DNA of 62,763 nt, filler included, from Rhabdomonas costata (taxonomy: Eukaryota), in NCBI GenBank assembly GCA_019059605.1. It is 40 parts of 40 records of this genome, joined end to end, with 100 filler letters (N's around TTAATTAATTAA, not from the genome) between each part and the next. Parts side by side here need not be neighbours in the genome. Positions count along the whole stretch, not along the records: positions 34,586 to 36,056 come from JAHMHO010015074.1; positions 36,157 to 37,627 come from JAHMHO010015075.1; positions 37,728 to 39,199 come from JAHMHO010015076.1; positions 39,300 to 40,770 come from JAHMHO010015077.1; positions 40,871 to 42,340 come from JAHMHO010015078.1; positions 42,441 to 43,910 come from JAHMHO010015079.1; positions 44,011 to 45,481 come from JAHMHO010015080.1; positions 45,582 to 47,052 come from JAHMHO010015081.1; 32 more parts are not named here. The stretch is one strand, 5' to 3'. Shown here piece by piece: positions 34,720 to 47,447 of this stretch. The position numbers and the translations under genes were made by a program. Position 1 is the first letter of the stretch. Every line of letters begins with the position of its first letter. A model generated the notes under the pieces. It saw nothing but the letters and a program-made list of their open reading frames with translations. It ran no database searches and was not told where the DNA came from.

Positions 34720-36050
34720 TTTGCCTGTGATATGACGTTTGAAGATTTTGTTAGAGAGGCACAGCAGGCGGGTGTTGACTTGCTGTCCGATGACTTTGTT
34801 ACGAAGATGTTCCTGCAGCGGGTGCAAGATGAGATGAACCAAAATGAGGGGCGCAGCCGACGTTTGTCGTATGCCACATCTTTGCTGCTGGGTTCCTTTC
34901 CTTGACACCTCTCAGTACTTCCAGCCGTCACCTGTAATAACGGCCGTTGAAAATGCAAAACCTGTGAACACCGAAAGGAAAGCAAAACTAAGTGGTTTAT
35001 GCTAGTCCATCGGCAGATGTGAGGGTTAACCTTTCCATCTTCTGTTGTGTTTCTTGAATTTGAGTCTTCTCAAACGCACTTACCTCAGCTCCTGGGTCGT
35101 TTCAGAAATGCTGTCTAAGTTTTTCTCGTATATGTCAACAATTCCACCTGCTCTGTCTTTCAGAACGTCCTTCATTTATTCCTGCTTCCACTGCTGTTTT
35201 GAACCAACTTTGGCGTGCACGCTTTGGGAAATCTTTCTTTCTTTTGTCACTTGTTTTCTGCCGGCTCTTTTGTTCCTTATATTTGGACGCTGGGCAATTG
35301 ATTGAAAATGGGAAATGTCTCACAGAACGCAGCGGCCCCTGCTTGATTCGACCTTCCGCGGCCAGTTGAAGAGGCTGATTCCCTCACGCTCCCGTGGATC
35401 CTCGCTGCACGCTGCACGGGAACCCGGGGAGTCAACATCGGCCACGTCTTCCCATGTGAGACTACCATCCGCGTCTGCGGCAATCCCTGGCCCCTCTGCA
35501 GCGGTCCTGGCCACCAAGGCCAAGCTCAGGGAGCTGCGGGAACAGAGGTGTCCATCTCTTTGCGCTGTTCTGTATCACCACCATTCATTGGAGTGAAGAT
35601 TGAGTTCTTGCTCTGGTACATTACAAAAACCGTCTTCAGGGAAGAAAAAAAGGTTCTCTTCGGTTCTGTGGTGAATGATTTGAAACCATTTTACATTGCT
35701 CCGGATTTCTATTTCATTATGAAATGTTTCTTTTTGCCAAGCCCGGCGCTGATAGGTTCGAAGTCAGTTTTAGCGGAACTGAATGGAAGCGGAGTATTGA
35801 TGGGGAAGCAACAACCTTAAATGTGCTCTTGATTTTTCCTTGGACCTTCATGATTTCTGGGAGCGTTTCTTGATTGTCTGGTCTTGTCTTGCAGCGGTGT
35901 GTGGCGGATCTCCGATATCTCCCTGTTACTCAGGCGTCTTCAGGAACACGTTGAGGCTGAGGCGAACCCTAGCCCTTGTCCCAGCACATCTCCTGCTGAG
36001 GAGGAATCCCGTGGGGAATCGCGTGGGGAATCCTGCTCCAGGCGTGACAC
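34720..36050 (+). CDS. Unknown protein, three frame-compatible exons (~34720-34868, 35326-35547, 35895->36050)
   Basis: MTFEDFVREAQQAGVDLL...RRLS|TQRPLLDSTFRGQLKRL...LRELREQ|SGVWRISDISLLLRRLQEHVE; GT-AG introns with matching phase 2. Confidence 0.55.
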
Positions 36051-36402
36051 AACACANNNNNNNNNNNNNNNNNNNNNNNNNNNNNNNNNNNNNNNNNNNN
36101 TTAATTAATTAANNNNNNNNNNNNNNNNNNNNNNNNNNNNNNNNNNNNNNNNNNNNACCAGAAAACATATTCTGCATCACTACACGGCTACGGTACTAAC
36201 AGAGAAAGCCAAGCCTCTTGCGACGAATCACATTTGCCAATCAGAGAATATCATGAAAAGAAAAAGAAAAGAAAAATCATGAAGAAAAAAAAGGAAATTG
36301 CTGCGAAGGAAAGTGTGGGTTTGCTATCGAGCCAAATGCGAAGAGAACCCCAGGAGAACCCCAGAACAAGAACAGAAAGAAGAACGAAGGTGTACATCGG
36401 AC

Positions 36403-37299
36403 CTCAACTTTGGAGGTTTCTTCATCCCATTCACTGGTCAACAGTTTACCCTGCCATAAACTGTTACGTTGGTCCCCAAAGGCAGGCAAAGCGCAACTAG
36501 TAGGAAAACCTCCAGCAAGGTACTGAAGTCCTGCAGCTGCTTCGCGTATCGCTGCAGGTCCTCTGTAAGGACAATCTCTCCAAACTGAAACTGGTGCAGC
36601 CCAGAGTTCACCACAATGAAGTCGGGAAGTCTCGACGGCCACTTCAGAGCCGCGCTGAGGAGAGGAAGTTCGCCGTGGAAAACGCGGGCGTCCGCCACGG
36701 CGGCGAAGGCGCGGCTCTTCCAGCTATACGAGATCAGCTGAGCAAAGGCCCGTGGGGGCGGGGAGGAAAGATACTATCGTCCCACCGAAAAAAGATCCAC
36801 CAGCATCTTAGCATCTTGGCATCTTTGGAAGATTTCACAGCCTTGACCAGCGACACAACACCGGAAGCGCAAAAAAAAAAACGTTTGCCACAATGTGCGT
36901 ACAGCGTTGCCTTTCTTGCAAAAGGGCACAGCGATTATGCTGTAAGCAAGGAATCGACTACAGTGTAGGAAACGAGATACAAAAAGGAACAGGTGGTACT
37001 ATGCACATCAGCTAAGGCAGCCCATAAAACGGAATCATGGATGAGACGGATAGAGATAGTTCATTGCCAGAGAATACAGCGAAGAGTATCTGATCCACGC
37101 AACGCAGCCAAGCGACCAGCAGCTTGCAGAGAATCCCTGAGAAAAACGATCGCGGGGAAGGAGTCAAGCATACCGATCTGCCTCCCGCAATCGGGAGGAG
37201 CTTATAATACCGCACCCCAAACTCCCGGCAGAAGTCCAGCATTTCGGCAGTCACCAGCAGAAGCGCGCACAGCGTGCCCGGGCTATGCGCCCGGTAGAC
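36403..37299 (-). CDS. SGNH/PC-esterase-like protein (exons 37299-37174, 36737-36510, possibly 36450-36403)
   Basis: PDFIVVNSGLHQ resembles the SGNH block III PDxxxxNSGLH motif; phase-0 GT-AG introns. Confidence 0.6.
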
Positions 37300-38431
37300 C
37301 TGCATCACCCCAGGCGGAAAGGAAGAAAGGGGAAGGGCAAGGCAATGAGCTTTCCCTGAGCGAAAGAAAGCCTATGGCTCAGGCACAATAGCACATAGAT
37401 CTGTCGGCTCGTGTATTCGACGGGCATACCACCCCAAGTATAGCAGGTGTCCATCCAAAGTGAGCACCAAAGCGGGGTGTTAACGTTAACGCCGTTTAAC
37501 ACGTTTAACAATGTTAAACAGTCGACATTTTTTTAAACTAAAATCTGCATCTAGGGAGCACTAGAACCGTAAACCTAACCCCTTTTCACTAAAGTAACAT
37601 CATTTAGTGAGAAGCTGCCACAAAACANNNNNNNNNNNNNNNNNNNNNNNNNNNNNNNNNNNNNNNNNNNNTTAATTAATTAANNNNNNNNNNNNNNNNN
37701 NNNNNNNNNNNNNNNNNNNNNNNNNNNGTGGTGGGTGTGTTTGGGGGGTGGGGCACGCGTGGCGTGTGTGTGTGTGGGGGTTTTTCTGAGAGAGATTGAC
37801 CTTTCTCAGTCATCATCTTAAATCCTAAGTCTCGCGACTGCTCGAGACTGCGTCATCTCCAAGCAACTTATGAACTTATGTCCCCAACCAGGCACCTGCT
37901 GGCCCCCTTGTTCCACAGGGGAAGCCCTGGTCGGGGTGGGGCCAGAGTTGCCTTCATCCTTACGCCTAATCGAGACCAGCGAGAAACCATGATATGGATT
38001 CGAGCCGACCTCGGTGCCTGACAGTATCCGTCCCAGTGTTCTCCCTTCACACCCAGCTCAGTGTGGGGGGTAACGGCCGTGGGTTAGTATGCGTTAGAGG
38101 TCTGTCAGTCCAATTGCTTGACGTCTGACGCACCCCCTCCCCTTCCATGCTCCATCCTGCCGAAATCAGACTCGGATTAAAATGTGCCTCATCGCTCACA
38201 AGCAAAAACCCCCTGCAGCCATGACACAAGCGCAGCGGCTCGCCCTGATCGCAATGCACCCGATGTCTGAGCTGCAACTTGTAGAGGAAGAGTCGAAGCT
38301 CGAAGGGAACACGGCATCTATCGTCCAGCATAATTAGTCTCTCACAAGTCTCTGTTGCGGCTTTGGTTTTTCGCGTAGATTCCGAGGTTGGGCTTGCTGC
38401 GTCTTCCCTGATCTTGCCGTTCTTCCCGTAG

Positions 38432-38545
38432 GATAACCCCTCCGTGGCTTTGGCCGAGATGTTCCGGGTGCTCAAGCCCGGTGGGCAGCTGCTGCTTCTT
38501 GAGCACGGCGAGGGCGACGGGACGTTCATCAGATTCTACCAAAAG
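38432..38545 (+). CDS. Class I SAM-dependent methyltransferase (Methyltransf_11-like) internal exon
   Basis: TAG|DNPSVALAEMFRVLKPGGQLLLLEHG...YQK|GT; ExxRVLKPGG motif. Confidence 0.88.
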
Positions 38546-40129
38546 GTTGGACCTTGCCTCCCTTTTCGATGCCGTTTACAGAAGGCGGTCGCGAACTGAT
38601 GTTGTGGAAAGGATGAAAAACGCCTGTTTGGATAGTTTTGGGGACGATTACAGATAACTGGTCAGCTTAAGTTCGAAATAGGATTCCAATGTACAAGAAT
38701 GCCCTGTTATTCCCGCCCTGTCGCCTCACAGTACTACATGATATGAGACACTTTGACACAATTTCCGCCGCTTCCATGCGTTTCGAGCAACGCCAGATAA
38801 TGTTTGCCCTCTCAACAGAATTTTCGATGACCTTGTCAAATTGGGGGGGTTTTCTGTGGACTGCCACCTCTCGGGTGGAGGATCGAATCCGTAGCAGCGG
38901 AGTGGGCAGCTGGGAGTGCAACGGGGATTGCAGCGGGGGAAGAGGGGAACAGCGGGGTTGTGGTGAAGGAATATCGCCCCTCGCAGAAAACCGCGCGCAA
39001 ACGCACAAGGAGTTCGGCGCGTTTTTGGCCCGGGTTTGGGGTCTGAACAAACGATGAAAAGAATTTTGCTAGAAAGCGCCAACCGTTAACGACGTGAAAC
39101 CGGTTAAGACCCCGCTGAACTAATTCTGGTGACCCGGGGCTTCCCACCCATCTGACCACCCAACCACTCAGCTCCGAGCACCCCAAACACACCCACCACN
39201 NNNNNNNNNNNNNNNNNNNNNNNNNNNNNNNNNNNNNNNNNNNTTAATTAATTAANNNNNNNNNNNNNNNNNNNNNNNNNNNNNNNNNNNNNNNNNNNNG
39301 GTTGTGGGTCTAGCTGTTTCTGCTTCATGGTTTTTTTCTCAACCGCATGGTGACCACTTCACAGTGGTCAACTTGTTTACAATCTTTTTGTTGGCGACAG
39401 TTTCCGGGTTTTGTGTAAATTATTGCCTTTTCCTTTCCTACAAACTATGAACAATGTTGACATGGAACAATATCGCTACACCATTCGACCTGCTTTGTAC
39501 ACATGGCCGCTTTAGTGGTTCATGACGGTTATGTAAAGGCCTTTCATCAGGAAAGAGGAGAAGGCCTGTTTGGAACCTTCATTGCTTGAACGCGAAGCAA
39601 AGGAGGCATGATAATCACGGAAACGAAGAGAATCGTATTATCCCCCGGGGTGACGATTGCAACCAACGGAAACCATCACGGGAGTTTTTGGAGCTAACAC
39701 TGGGACGGACCACGAGGAATGCCAGGAACGGCTTTCTTCTCACCCTTGTGTAAGCGCTTTTCGATACCCTCTTAGGTCCATCCCAACCGGTACCTCAAAA
39801 CCCAACCCGCATCAGCGCGGAGGCGGGTTTTCTTAAACAGTAGAGTGCTGAGAGAACCCAGCGGCCTCGTCCAGCAAGTACGGCAAGAGAGGGAGCTACA
39901 GGTCCCAGCGGTATGCTGGTGGGGCCTCCTCCTCCAGCGACGCTTTGGGCACAATCTTCAGTACCGATGCTGAAGGGAGCGATCTTAGTGCTTGTGGCTT
40001 TGTGCAGCAGTCCACGCGCTCCATCCGCTGGGCCGGGGAGACTTCTGCGGGGTACACACACTATCCTGCGCCACCGCCTGCCGTTGTTGCCACAAACAGA
40101 TGATGAGCTCATGGCAATCGGGCTCAGCC

Positions 40130-40760
40130 TCATTGCGTTTGGGGTGGCAGGATGCACCGCCACACGGCCTGGCCCGCCAGGGCAGCCATCTCGGTACGCC
40201 CGCGGGGGTTGAGGTGCACCCCATCGTAGCTCAGGGCCCGGGGAAGCCCGCGCAGGGAGAACACCGGCAGGCCCTCCTGGCAGGCCACCTATTCCGTGAG
40301 AGGTGGTTTGTAGGCAGACGGCAATTCTGTTTCCTCTCCACACCTCTTCGTCAGAAGATCGTGCTGCATATATTTGAGCTAGTCCCAGCAGGACCAGAAA
40401 GCACGTCTTTGGGGAGCGATAAACTGACGTTTTGACACTAATCCGTCTTCATGCCTGAAGTGAATTGTTTGATTTTGAGCTGGTCACCTGATACAAACTG
40501 GAGTGAATGCACAGGTGTTGTCAAGGAAACTCATAAAAGAAGTGGAATTGGTTGGCTTTTCACTTTTCCACTGGAAAAGATGGAATGGCGAGGGGATGGG
40601 AGGTGGCCTGCCCAGAAAAGGGGACAGAAGACCTCTTTCAGCACAGGGAGGATCTCGTCCCTCAGAGTGGGCTCGTGGATGGTGTCCATGGCGCGCCAAG
40701 CCACCGGGGGCAGCCCCAGCACCACGTCCGGCGCGCTGTGCAGCCACAACCACCCCAAAC
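40130..40760 (-). CDS. GDSL/SGNH hydrolase C-terminus (exons ~40760-40633, 40288-40130)
   Basis: VVLGLPPV...ILPVLKE|VACQEGLPVFSL...SYDGVHLNPRGRTEMA...*; block V DxxH motif DGVHLN. Confidence 0.8.
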
Positions 40761-41423
40761 ACAACCAACCNNNNNNNNNNNNNNNNNNNNNNNNNNNNNN
40801 NNNNNNNNNNNNNNTTAATTAATTAANNNNNNNNNNNNNNNNNNNNNNNNNNNNNNNNNNNNNNNNNNNNCATGGCCAGCATGCATGCCCTTGTCGAAAC
40901 CTGGGAGGGGGGCATCGAATGTCACATCGACTATTTCATTTGGGCTGCATGTTGTATGAAAAATGACACCTTTTGAGCAAAGAAACCTCAAGAAAGGTCT
41001 AAAAGAGAATAAATAAAGAGCGGTAAATATGGCCTTATCAACATTGGTCACAGATTCACACGTTGTGGTTTTTTGTCCCCTTCAGAACCAATCCTCCAAA
41101 CGCCCCTCCCCCGCCAACTGCCCACACACTGTCCTCTACTCATTTCCCTCTCCCTTTCCGTGATTGACTGTACAGGACATTTTTCAATCAAAGCTATGGC
41201 AGTTGGAATCTAGAATCGGGTGCAGCACATGGGATACCCTCCTGCTAGTACAGCCACCACTTTACTCCAGACTCTCCTGTTTTGAAACTGACATGAGCCC
41301 CCGCCCGCACGGGCAAAGCCCATGAAAGCCGCCAGCCTTGTTCGCCAGGTTTGATCCCCACTTGCTCACTGTATGTGCGGGGAAGGGATGTAGAGACTGG
41401 GTCCGACGGGTGTTCTCTCGCAG

Positions 41424-41768
41424 GACCTTGGGGTTGCGGCGGAGGAGCCCGTGGAGGATACTCAGCCCAACCCCATTGACGTGCTACACAAGAGGGTGCA
41501 GGCCAGCATCCTGGCCGAGCAGGATGCCGCTGCGGTGATGGAGGAGAACCTCAGGTTGTGCTCTCTTCGGCTTCTCACCCGATCCGGTCCCTGATGGTTG
41601 GGGTGTTTGGAGAGAAAGGGAGTGCCTCCATTTTCCCATTTTTTTCTCTTTCTCTCTGTCGCTTTTACGTTTGGAAAATGTCGATCTTGCTGTGTTCGTG
41701 CTTGCACTGGTGTGGGGTATTTTAGGTGGGGATACAGCACCGTTGATCGCCTCGAAGAGCTGATGGAG
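41424..41768 (+). CDS. Unknown protein, two exons (41424-41554, 41726-41768)
   Basis: DLGVAAEEPVED...MEENLR|WGYSTVDRLEELME with phase-compatible GT-AG boundaries and GC3-rich codons. Confidence 0.55.
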
Positions 41769-42131
41769 GTTTGCCGTCTCTGTAGTGCCACTGCCCGCAT
41801 GTTCTTTTTTGTGGGTTATTTGCAGTTGTCGACCTGTTGAAGTTGTGTTTAACTTCTGTTTTCTTTCTTCTTTTGTTTTTTCTCTTTTCGCAATTCTTCT
41901 TGCCTTCTCAACCCGAAAAGTGGTGGAAGTGGGGAACTAGCGCCATTCTCTGACTCAACCGGGCAACCTGTTCCTCAGGGTGCCCGACCTTAAACTTGTG
42001 TGACTTCTCAGACATCCGTCTCTTCCTCCCTTCCTTCCTTCCTTCCTTCCTTCCTTCGCTCCTCTTCCCGTCCTCAACAGTATCATTTTAGTATAAAAAA
42101 GCGCTCAGAAACAGCTGCACAACACGCACAC

Positions 42132-42278
42132 CTCAAGAATCTGCAGTAGCAGAATAGTCTCATTGGCGGTTAGGGATGGAGAGACCGCGATGTACTGCCC
42201 CACGGCGGCCAAAGCCGTGGAGGGGTCCGAGGCATTCCACGCAGCGCTGATCAAGGCCTCCTTCTGCCTTTGTATCTC
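42132..42278 (-). CDS. Unknown helical protein, internal exon
   Basis: CAG|EIQRQKEALISAAWNASDPSTALAAVGQYIAVSPSLTANETILLLQILE|GTGTGC (147 nt). Confidence 0.55.
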
Positions 42279-42511
42279 CTGCAACGGGAACACACACGGA
42301 GAACTACAACTCAAAGAAGATACCTGTCACACATCGCTTTNNNNNNNNNNNNNNNNNNNNNNNNNNNNNNNNNNNNNNNNNNNNTTAATTAATTAANNNN
42401 NNNNNNNNNNNNNNNNNNNNNNNNNNNNNNNNNNNNNNNNGGGTTTTTTGATGTCGGTCAGTCGATGCTGCGCATCTCCTTCCCTCCTAAATGTGAAGAG
42501 GAAGATGCCTT

Positions 42512-42935
42512 GATCCCCATGCCCATTCCCTGCGGTCATGGTCATGGGGGCTTGAAGGGGTAAAAGATGTTCTTGCTGGTCGTGACTCCCTCCGGTCGTC
42601 ACTCCCTACATGCAGTGGTTCGCTGCGCTCCCCGCTGTCACGGGTCGCTAGCTCACAAGACGAGGAGATGCTGGTCGTCATGATGCTCGGTACCTCGCAT
42701 CATTCCTCCTACATGTGATGCTTCGGTCTCTCCACCGGCGTGAGCCGCTTACGAGACCTCAGGAGACCAGAGAAAAGCGTTGATGTCGGGATGCCTCCAC
42801 TGCGTTCCGTCATCCCTCCTAGATGCTGAACTCAAAGGCTGATACCCCATGCCCATTCCCTACGGTCATGGTCATGGGGGCCCTTTGGTTGATGGCTGGT
42901 CGTGACTCGCTGCGCTCGTCATGCTCCCTACATGC
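42512..42935. repeat. Diverged direct repeat (~80-90 nt copies starting ~42512 and ~42841)
   Basis: CCCCATGCCCATTCCCTRCGGTCATGGTCATGGGGGC...GCTGGTCGTGACTC...CTCCCTACATGC occurs twice. Confidence 0.8.
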
Positions 42936-44014
42936 TGAACTCAGAAGAAGGGAGGGGCTCGAAGGACAGAGACCCGACGACCAGGATATCTTGCTGTCGT
43001 CATGGCATCTCGTGATACTCGATGCAATGAAATTCTAATTGGTGCCGCCACTTATAGACTGAGCGAAAAACTTCTACTGACTGAGTTCAGGGACACAACA
43101 CAAATTGGCTATAAATAAAACAACTTGCACCTTGAGCAAGGTCAGCGTTGACCTTGGCCACGCCCTGAGGAGAAAGGAACTGCAACATCTCTACCTCCTC
43201 CGTGCTCAGTGCTCGCCCGATGCCCAGAGAAAAGACTTCCTCAAGAACCATACTCCGTGACAAAAAAAAGAAGCGGTTGAAAAATGAATCTGTGGCGAAT
43301 CAAACAAAACCCTTGTAACGGTGTGAAGAGTACTCATCCGGGCCATGGGGACAATAGGCCGAGAGAAAGAGAGAGCAGCTGGTGGGGCTTTGACAATTCA
43401 TACAAAACGCCAATTCTGGTCCAGCGCTCAAAGGCGACGAGACGAGAAATAGGGGGATATGCCGCTAAGAAGCAGGGCCAACTCAGGGCGGTCCGGAACA
43501 ATGTTAAGCGGCAGCTAACCTCAGAGCTAGTCCAAAGCCGAAATATTAAATCTTTGTGGCAGTGCATGACATTGGATGTCTGGTCCGGCAGTGAGACGAC
43601 CAGGATGCGCCCGCGTGTGAGGTTGCCAGTGTGTCCCCACTTCGTTGGCGTCTGCTGAATCCTCCACATAAGACAAAACCTGTCACATCACAGGTACCAC
43701 ACGCACGCAGTGGCAAAACCCATTAAACGCGGCGCACACTTGTAGGATCCATTACAACCAACGAGGACACATTTGTCCGGGGAGGGGGGAGCAGGTGCAA
43801 CTGCCTGGCCATGCCGACTTTGCGATCGGCCTATGCTTGCGACAGAGTCCAGCACTGAAGCTGAGGCGGGCTAAAAGAAAAGTTTAACATGAAGTATGAC
43901 CACAACAACANNNNNNNNNNNNNNNNNNNNNNNNNNNNNNNNNNNNNNNNNNNNTTAATTAATTAANNNNNNNNNNNNNNNNNNNNNNNNNNNNNNNNNN
44001 NNNNNNNNNNGGGG

Positions 44015-45187
44015 TTGGTGGAGAGGGTCGGGCTTGTGGTGCGGGGACAGGCCCCGGAGTTTTTGGCGTACCCCTCGGAGCTTGTGGTGAGGGTTACGAT
44101 GCGAGGACAGAGGGGCCGGTCAGAGAAGTCCACAGCTCCAGTTCGGTGCGAGGCTTCTCCCCCTTCTTCTCACCCCCCCGTCGTCCGCCTGCACCCATCC
44201 ACGTCACCTAGTGCTTCGCCAGAGTCAGACAAATTAAGGACGCGAAATAAGGAGCACGTTTTTCTCTCTTTGGTCTTGACCTCAGCTTTTTCTGCTCTGG
44301 CTGTGAACCACCACTTTTTCAGCAACTTTGAGGCGCATACGCTAAGATAATGTGTGGTCGGAGGGGGGCGGGAGCGGGGATGCGCTCAGCCAGACACAGG
44401 TACAGGGGCACGAGCCATCCAGTCCAAGCTGCCGTTCTCTCCGCCCCCCTCCCACATACAGACACACCCGATGGTTGCAATGTTCTTATTTTGTTCAGTC
44501 AGCTGACCCATCCCGTGCACCAACTGCGTGCGCCTCACTTCAAGGAGAGCAACGACGGAGCGTTGCAAGTAACGCGTCCCGGATACAGAAGCAGCATTAA
44601 AACCTGCTGCAAACAGAAGAAGTCGACCCTGGACACGAAACCCCATATCCTCCTTAATTCAGTGGAAGCACGAGCGTTGCAACTTACTCCCAAGTTTTCA
44701 TGTTGCCAGCCATCCAGTTGCCAGCCATGGTTTGTCATGAGATCTATTGCAGCAACAGCACAAAGAACAGAAGAAGCTCACCGTCAAAAGACCTCGCACT
44801 GAATCGCACTCAGCAAAAAGGTGCATGATACCCATCTCGTCTCCTTCTAAAAAAGTCGAAAATTACTTCAGCCCAATTTTGCCGATGGGTGAAAAACAAG
44901 CTCCCTGATACCCACCCGCGCACAACAATCTGCCACTTCTCCACCCATCCTTGCACACTGTATGTGTGGACCGTGGGTGCAGGAAAGGCCTGAGCACGCA
45001 GTGGGGCACGAGCCTCCCCTTCGATGTTGTGGAGCCCCAATTCACACTCCGAGTGGAGGCTCTGGAGCTTCGGCCCTCCGCCCACCCGTCACTTCAGCCC
45101 GACTCTGCAGAGGGCCTGCAGCTCGTGGGCACCGCGGAGCTGCCCTTGTGCTGGGCTCAGCAGCTACCCCACTGCGGCTCCCAAATG
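44015..45187 (+). CDS. C2-domain protein (exons <44015-44145, 44983-45187)
   Basis: VVRVTMRGQRGRSEKSTAPVR|KGLSTQWGTSLPFDVVEPQFTLRVEALE...LVGTAELPL; C2 beta-strand pattern; phase-2 GT-AG intron. Confidence 0.65.
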
Positions 45188-47447
45188 GTATGGCGAGCAC
45201 TGTCTAGCTCTCAATTTCTTTCTCGTGAAGAGCTGGGGTTTCTGCAGATTAGCAGCGTTGCTTTCTTGCGGAGGTGGCCCCGCCTCGTCCCGCGGGGGAG
45301 CAATTCACCGGCGCTGAGAAGGTGCCGGCGGTTAGAGAATTTGGGGCAGTTGCAAAGCGCATTGCTATTGGCGAGATCTGATGAGGAGGGAGGCGCGATG
45401 GCGGGAGAGTTGCCGGTGAGGTGTCTCCCCAACCAATGTCAATTATGGCTGATGGGGAGACACCTCACCGGCAACCCCCCANNNNNNNNNNNNNNNNNNN
45501 NNNNNNNNNNNNNNNNNNNNNNNNNTTAATTAATTAANNNNNNNNNNNNNNNNNNNNNNNNNNNNNNNNNNNNNNNNNNNNGTGTGGGGTTCACTTCGAG
45601 TAGCGACCTGGTTTCTCGAGCCTTTTCCTGTAGACGGTGGCGGGGGTGGTTTTCCAGATAGGACCCGCATTTCTGTTCCTGTTCCTGTCGCTTCTCCTTT
45701 TCGAGCCCACTGAAAGCCGATAGAGCGGTCTGTAGTGATCACTTCACTGCCCTGGATTCAATGTCTCGGTTTCCTATACTTCAGTAGAATTGAGAGTCAT
45801 GTCTTCCTGCTTCTTAAATAGTTAAATAGTTAAATAGTAGTAGAGCTTTTTACCATTGAACTCATGATCATATCCCCGTCGCGGTCGAATTGATTTGATA
45901 ATCGAGATGTGGGTTTTCCTTATACCCTTCTACAGTGCAGCAAGCTATACAACTTTACCAGTATTTTTCTCACAGTGGCATCAATTGTAGGGCAGTGTAT
46001 CATGCCTTGAAGATCACTGGGTTGACTCATGCCTGCGAGATGGTGTCCGTGTGAGGAGAGAGATTGCTTTTTTGCCTTCTTATGTGCTTTGCTTTCAACG
46101 GGTACGCCCCTCTCGTTGCTGTGTCGTATTTTGGGTTTTGTGTGTCTGGCTTGCTTCCGTGGTCGCATGATTTTTGTCGTTGTGAAGTGCACCTCCACGC
46201 TCAACGAGGGAGGTCCTTTGGTGTTCAACTACACAGACAGTGGTTTTTTTGTTGTTTTGCAGTTCTTCTGGAGCCGGTGTTGTGCCCGGCCATAGGGGGA
46301 CAGCTATCAATGCAATGGATGGCTTTTGGGTCACAATGAAGCTCACGGCGGGTCAGGTGTTTTGCGGGGCATCTAACCTGCAATCTGAGTAAGTCCATAC
46401 GCCGACAAAGTCCACCGAGAAAGTCATCGAGTATATAGTAGCGCGCCAGTGCATCTCGCAAGCGCACCACGGGGGAGGGCATCCGGTGAATTTCCGGATT
46501 CGCAGATTCGCAGAGATTTTTCATGTTCAAGGTGACTGCCTTCTGGGAGAGAGTTTTTCTCCCCCACTCTATACCTGTTTCTGCAGCTAGCTTTTTCTCT
46601 GCGGGTGACCTCTCAGTTTCGGTGCCCGGTGAGTTGTGAGAAAGCCGTGGGACGGGCGAGCGCCGCTTGAGTCACGAAGCTCACTTGTCTGAAAAATGTA
46701 CAGACACGCCCTTATCATCCCCTGCTGTGGTTAGACGCCTTCGCCTGCAAAGGCCGTTGACGTTGCTCAGCAGGTAGACAAGGTTTAGGCCTGCGAAAGT
46801 TGGGGCCGCTCAGGCTGTGAACTACGCAAATTTTTCTCGTTTCCTATTCTGGAGGAAACCCTGACTTTATTTTAATTCAGGACTTTGGGAAAGGGAATAC
46901 AGAGGACGCTGTGTTCTTGTAGGGCACTTTAGATTCCTAGACCTGTGAAGCCTTGCTGCGTGTGTGTGACTTTGTGCAAATTGAAATGCACTTCGACTTA
47001 TAATGAGGCAGCATGGCTTCACAGGTCTAGGAATCTAAAGTGCCCCACAAAANNNNNNNNNNNNNNNNNNNNNNNNNNNNNNNNNNNNNNNNNNNNTTAA
47101 TTAATTAANNNNNNNNNNNNNNNNNNNNNNNNNNNNNNNNNNNNNNNNNNNNGGGTTTTGGTCATTATTGTATGTGTTTTAAAACCTGACTCTGACATGA
47201 AACGCGCGATGTTGCAACAGCTTTCGCTCTCCACCACTTTAGACAATTAATAGGCTCTTTTTGGAGCATTTTCTGCAGGAGAAAAAATCGCACAATTCCA
47301 TTCCTTACAACGAAAGGAGCAGTTGGTGCAGAGTGCCGTGGTAACTTGGCTTCTGTGGGTGCGTTTTGCACACCACCCCAGTTCACTAAGCATTTTGGCA
47401 AACAAAGGACGGGCAGCGGGGCATGGAAGGGAGAGCTCGCACAGGGC

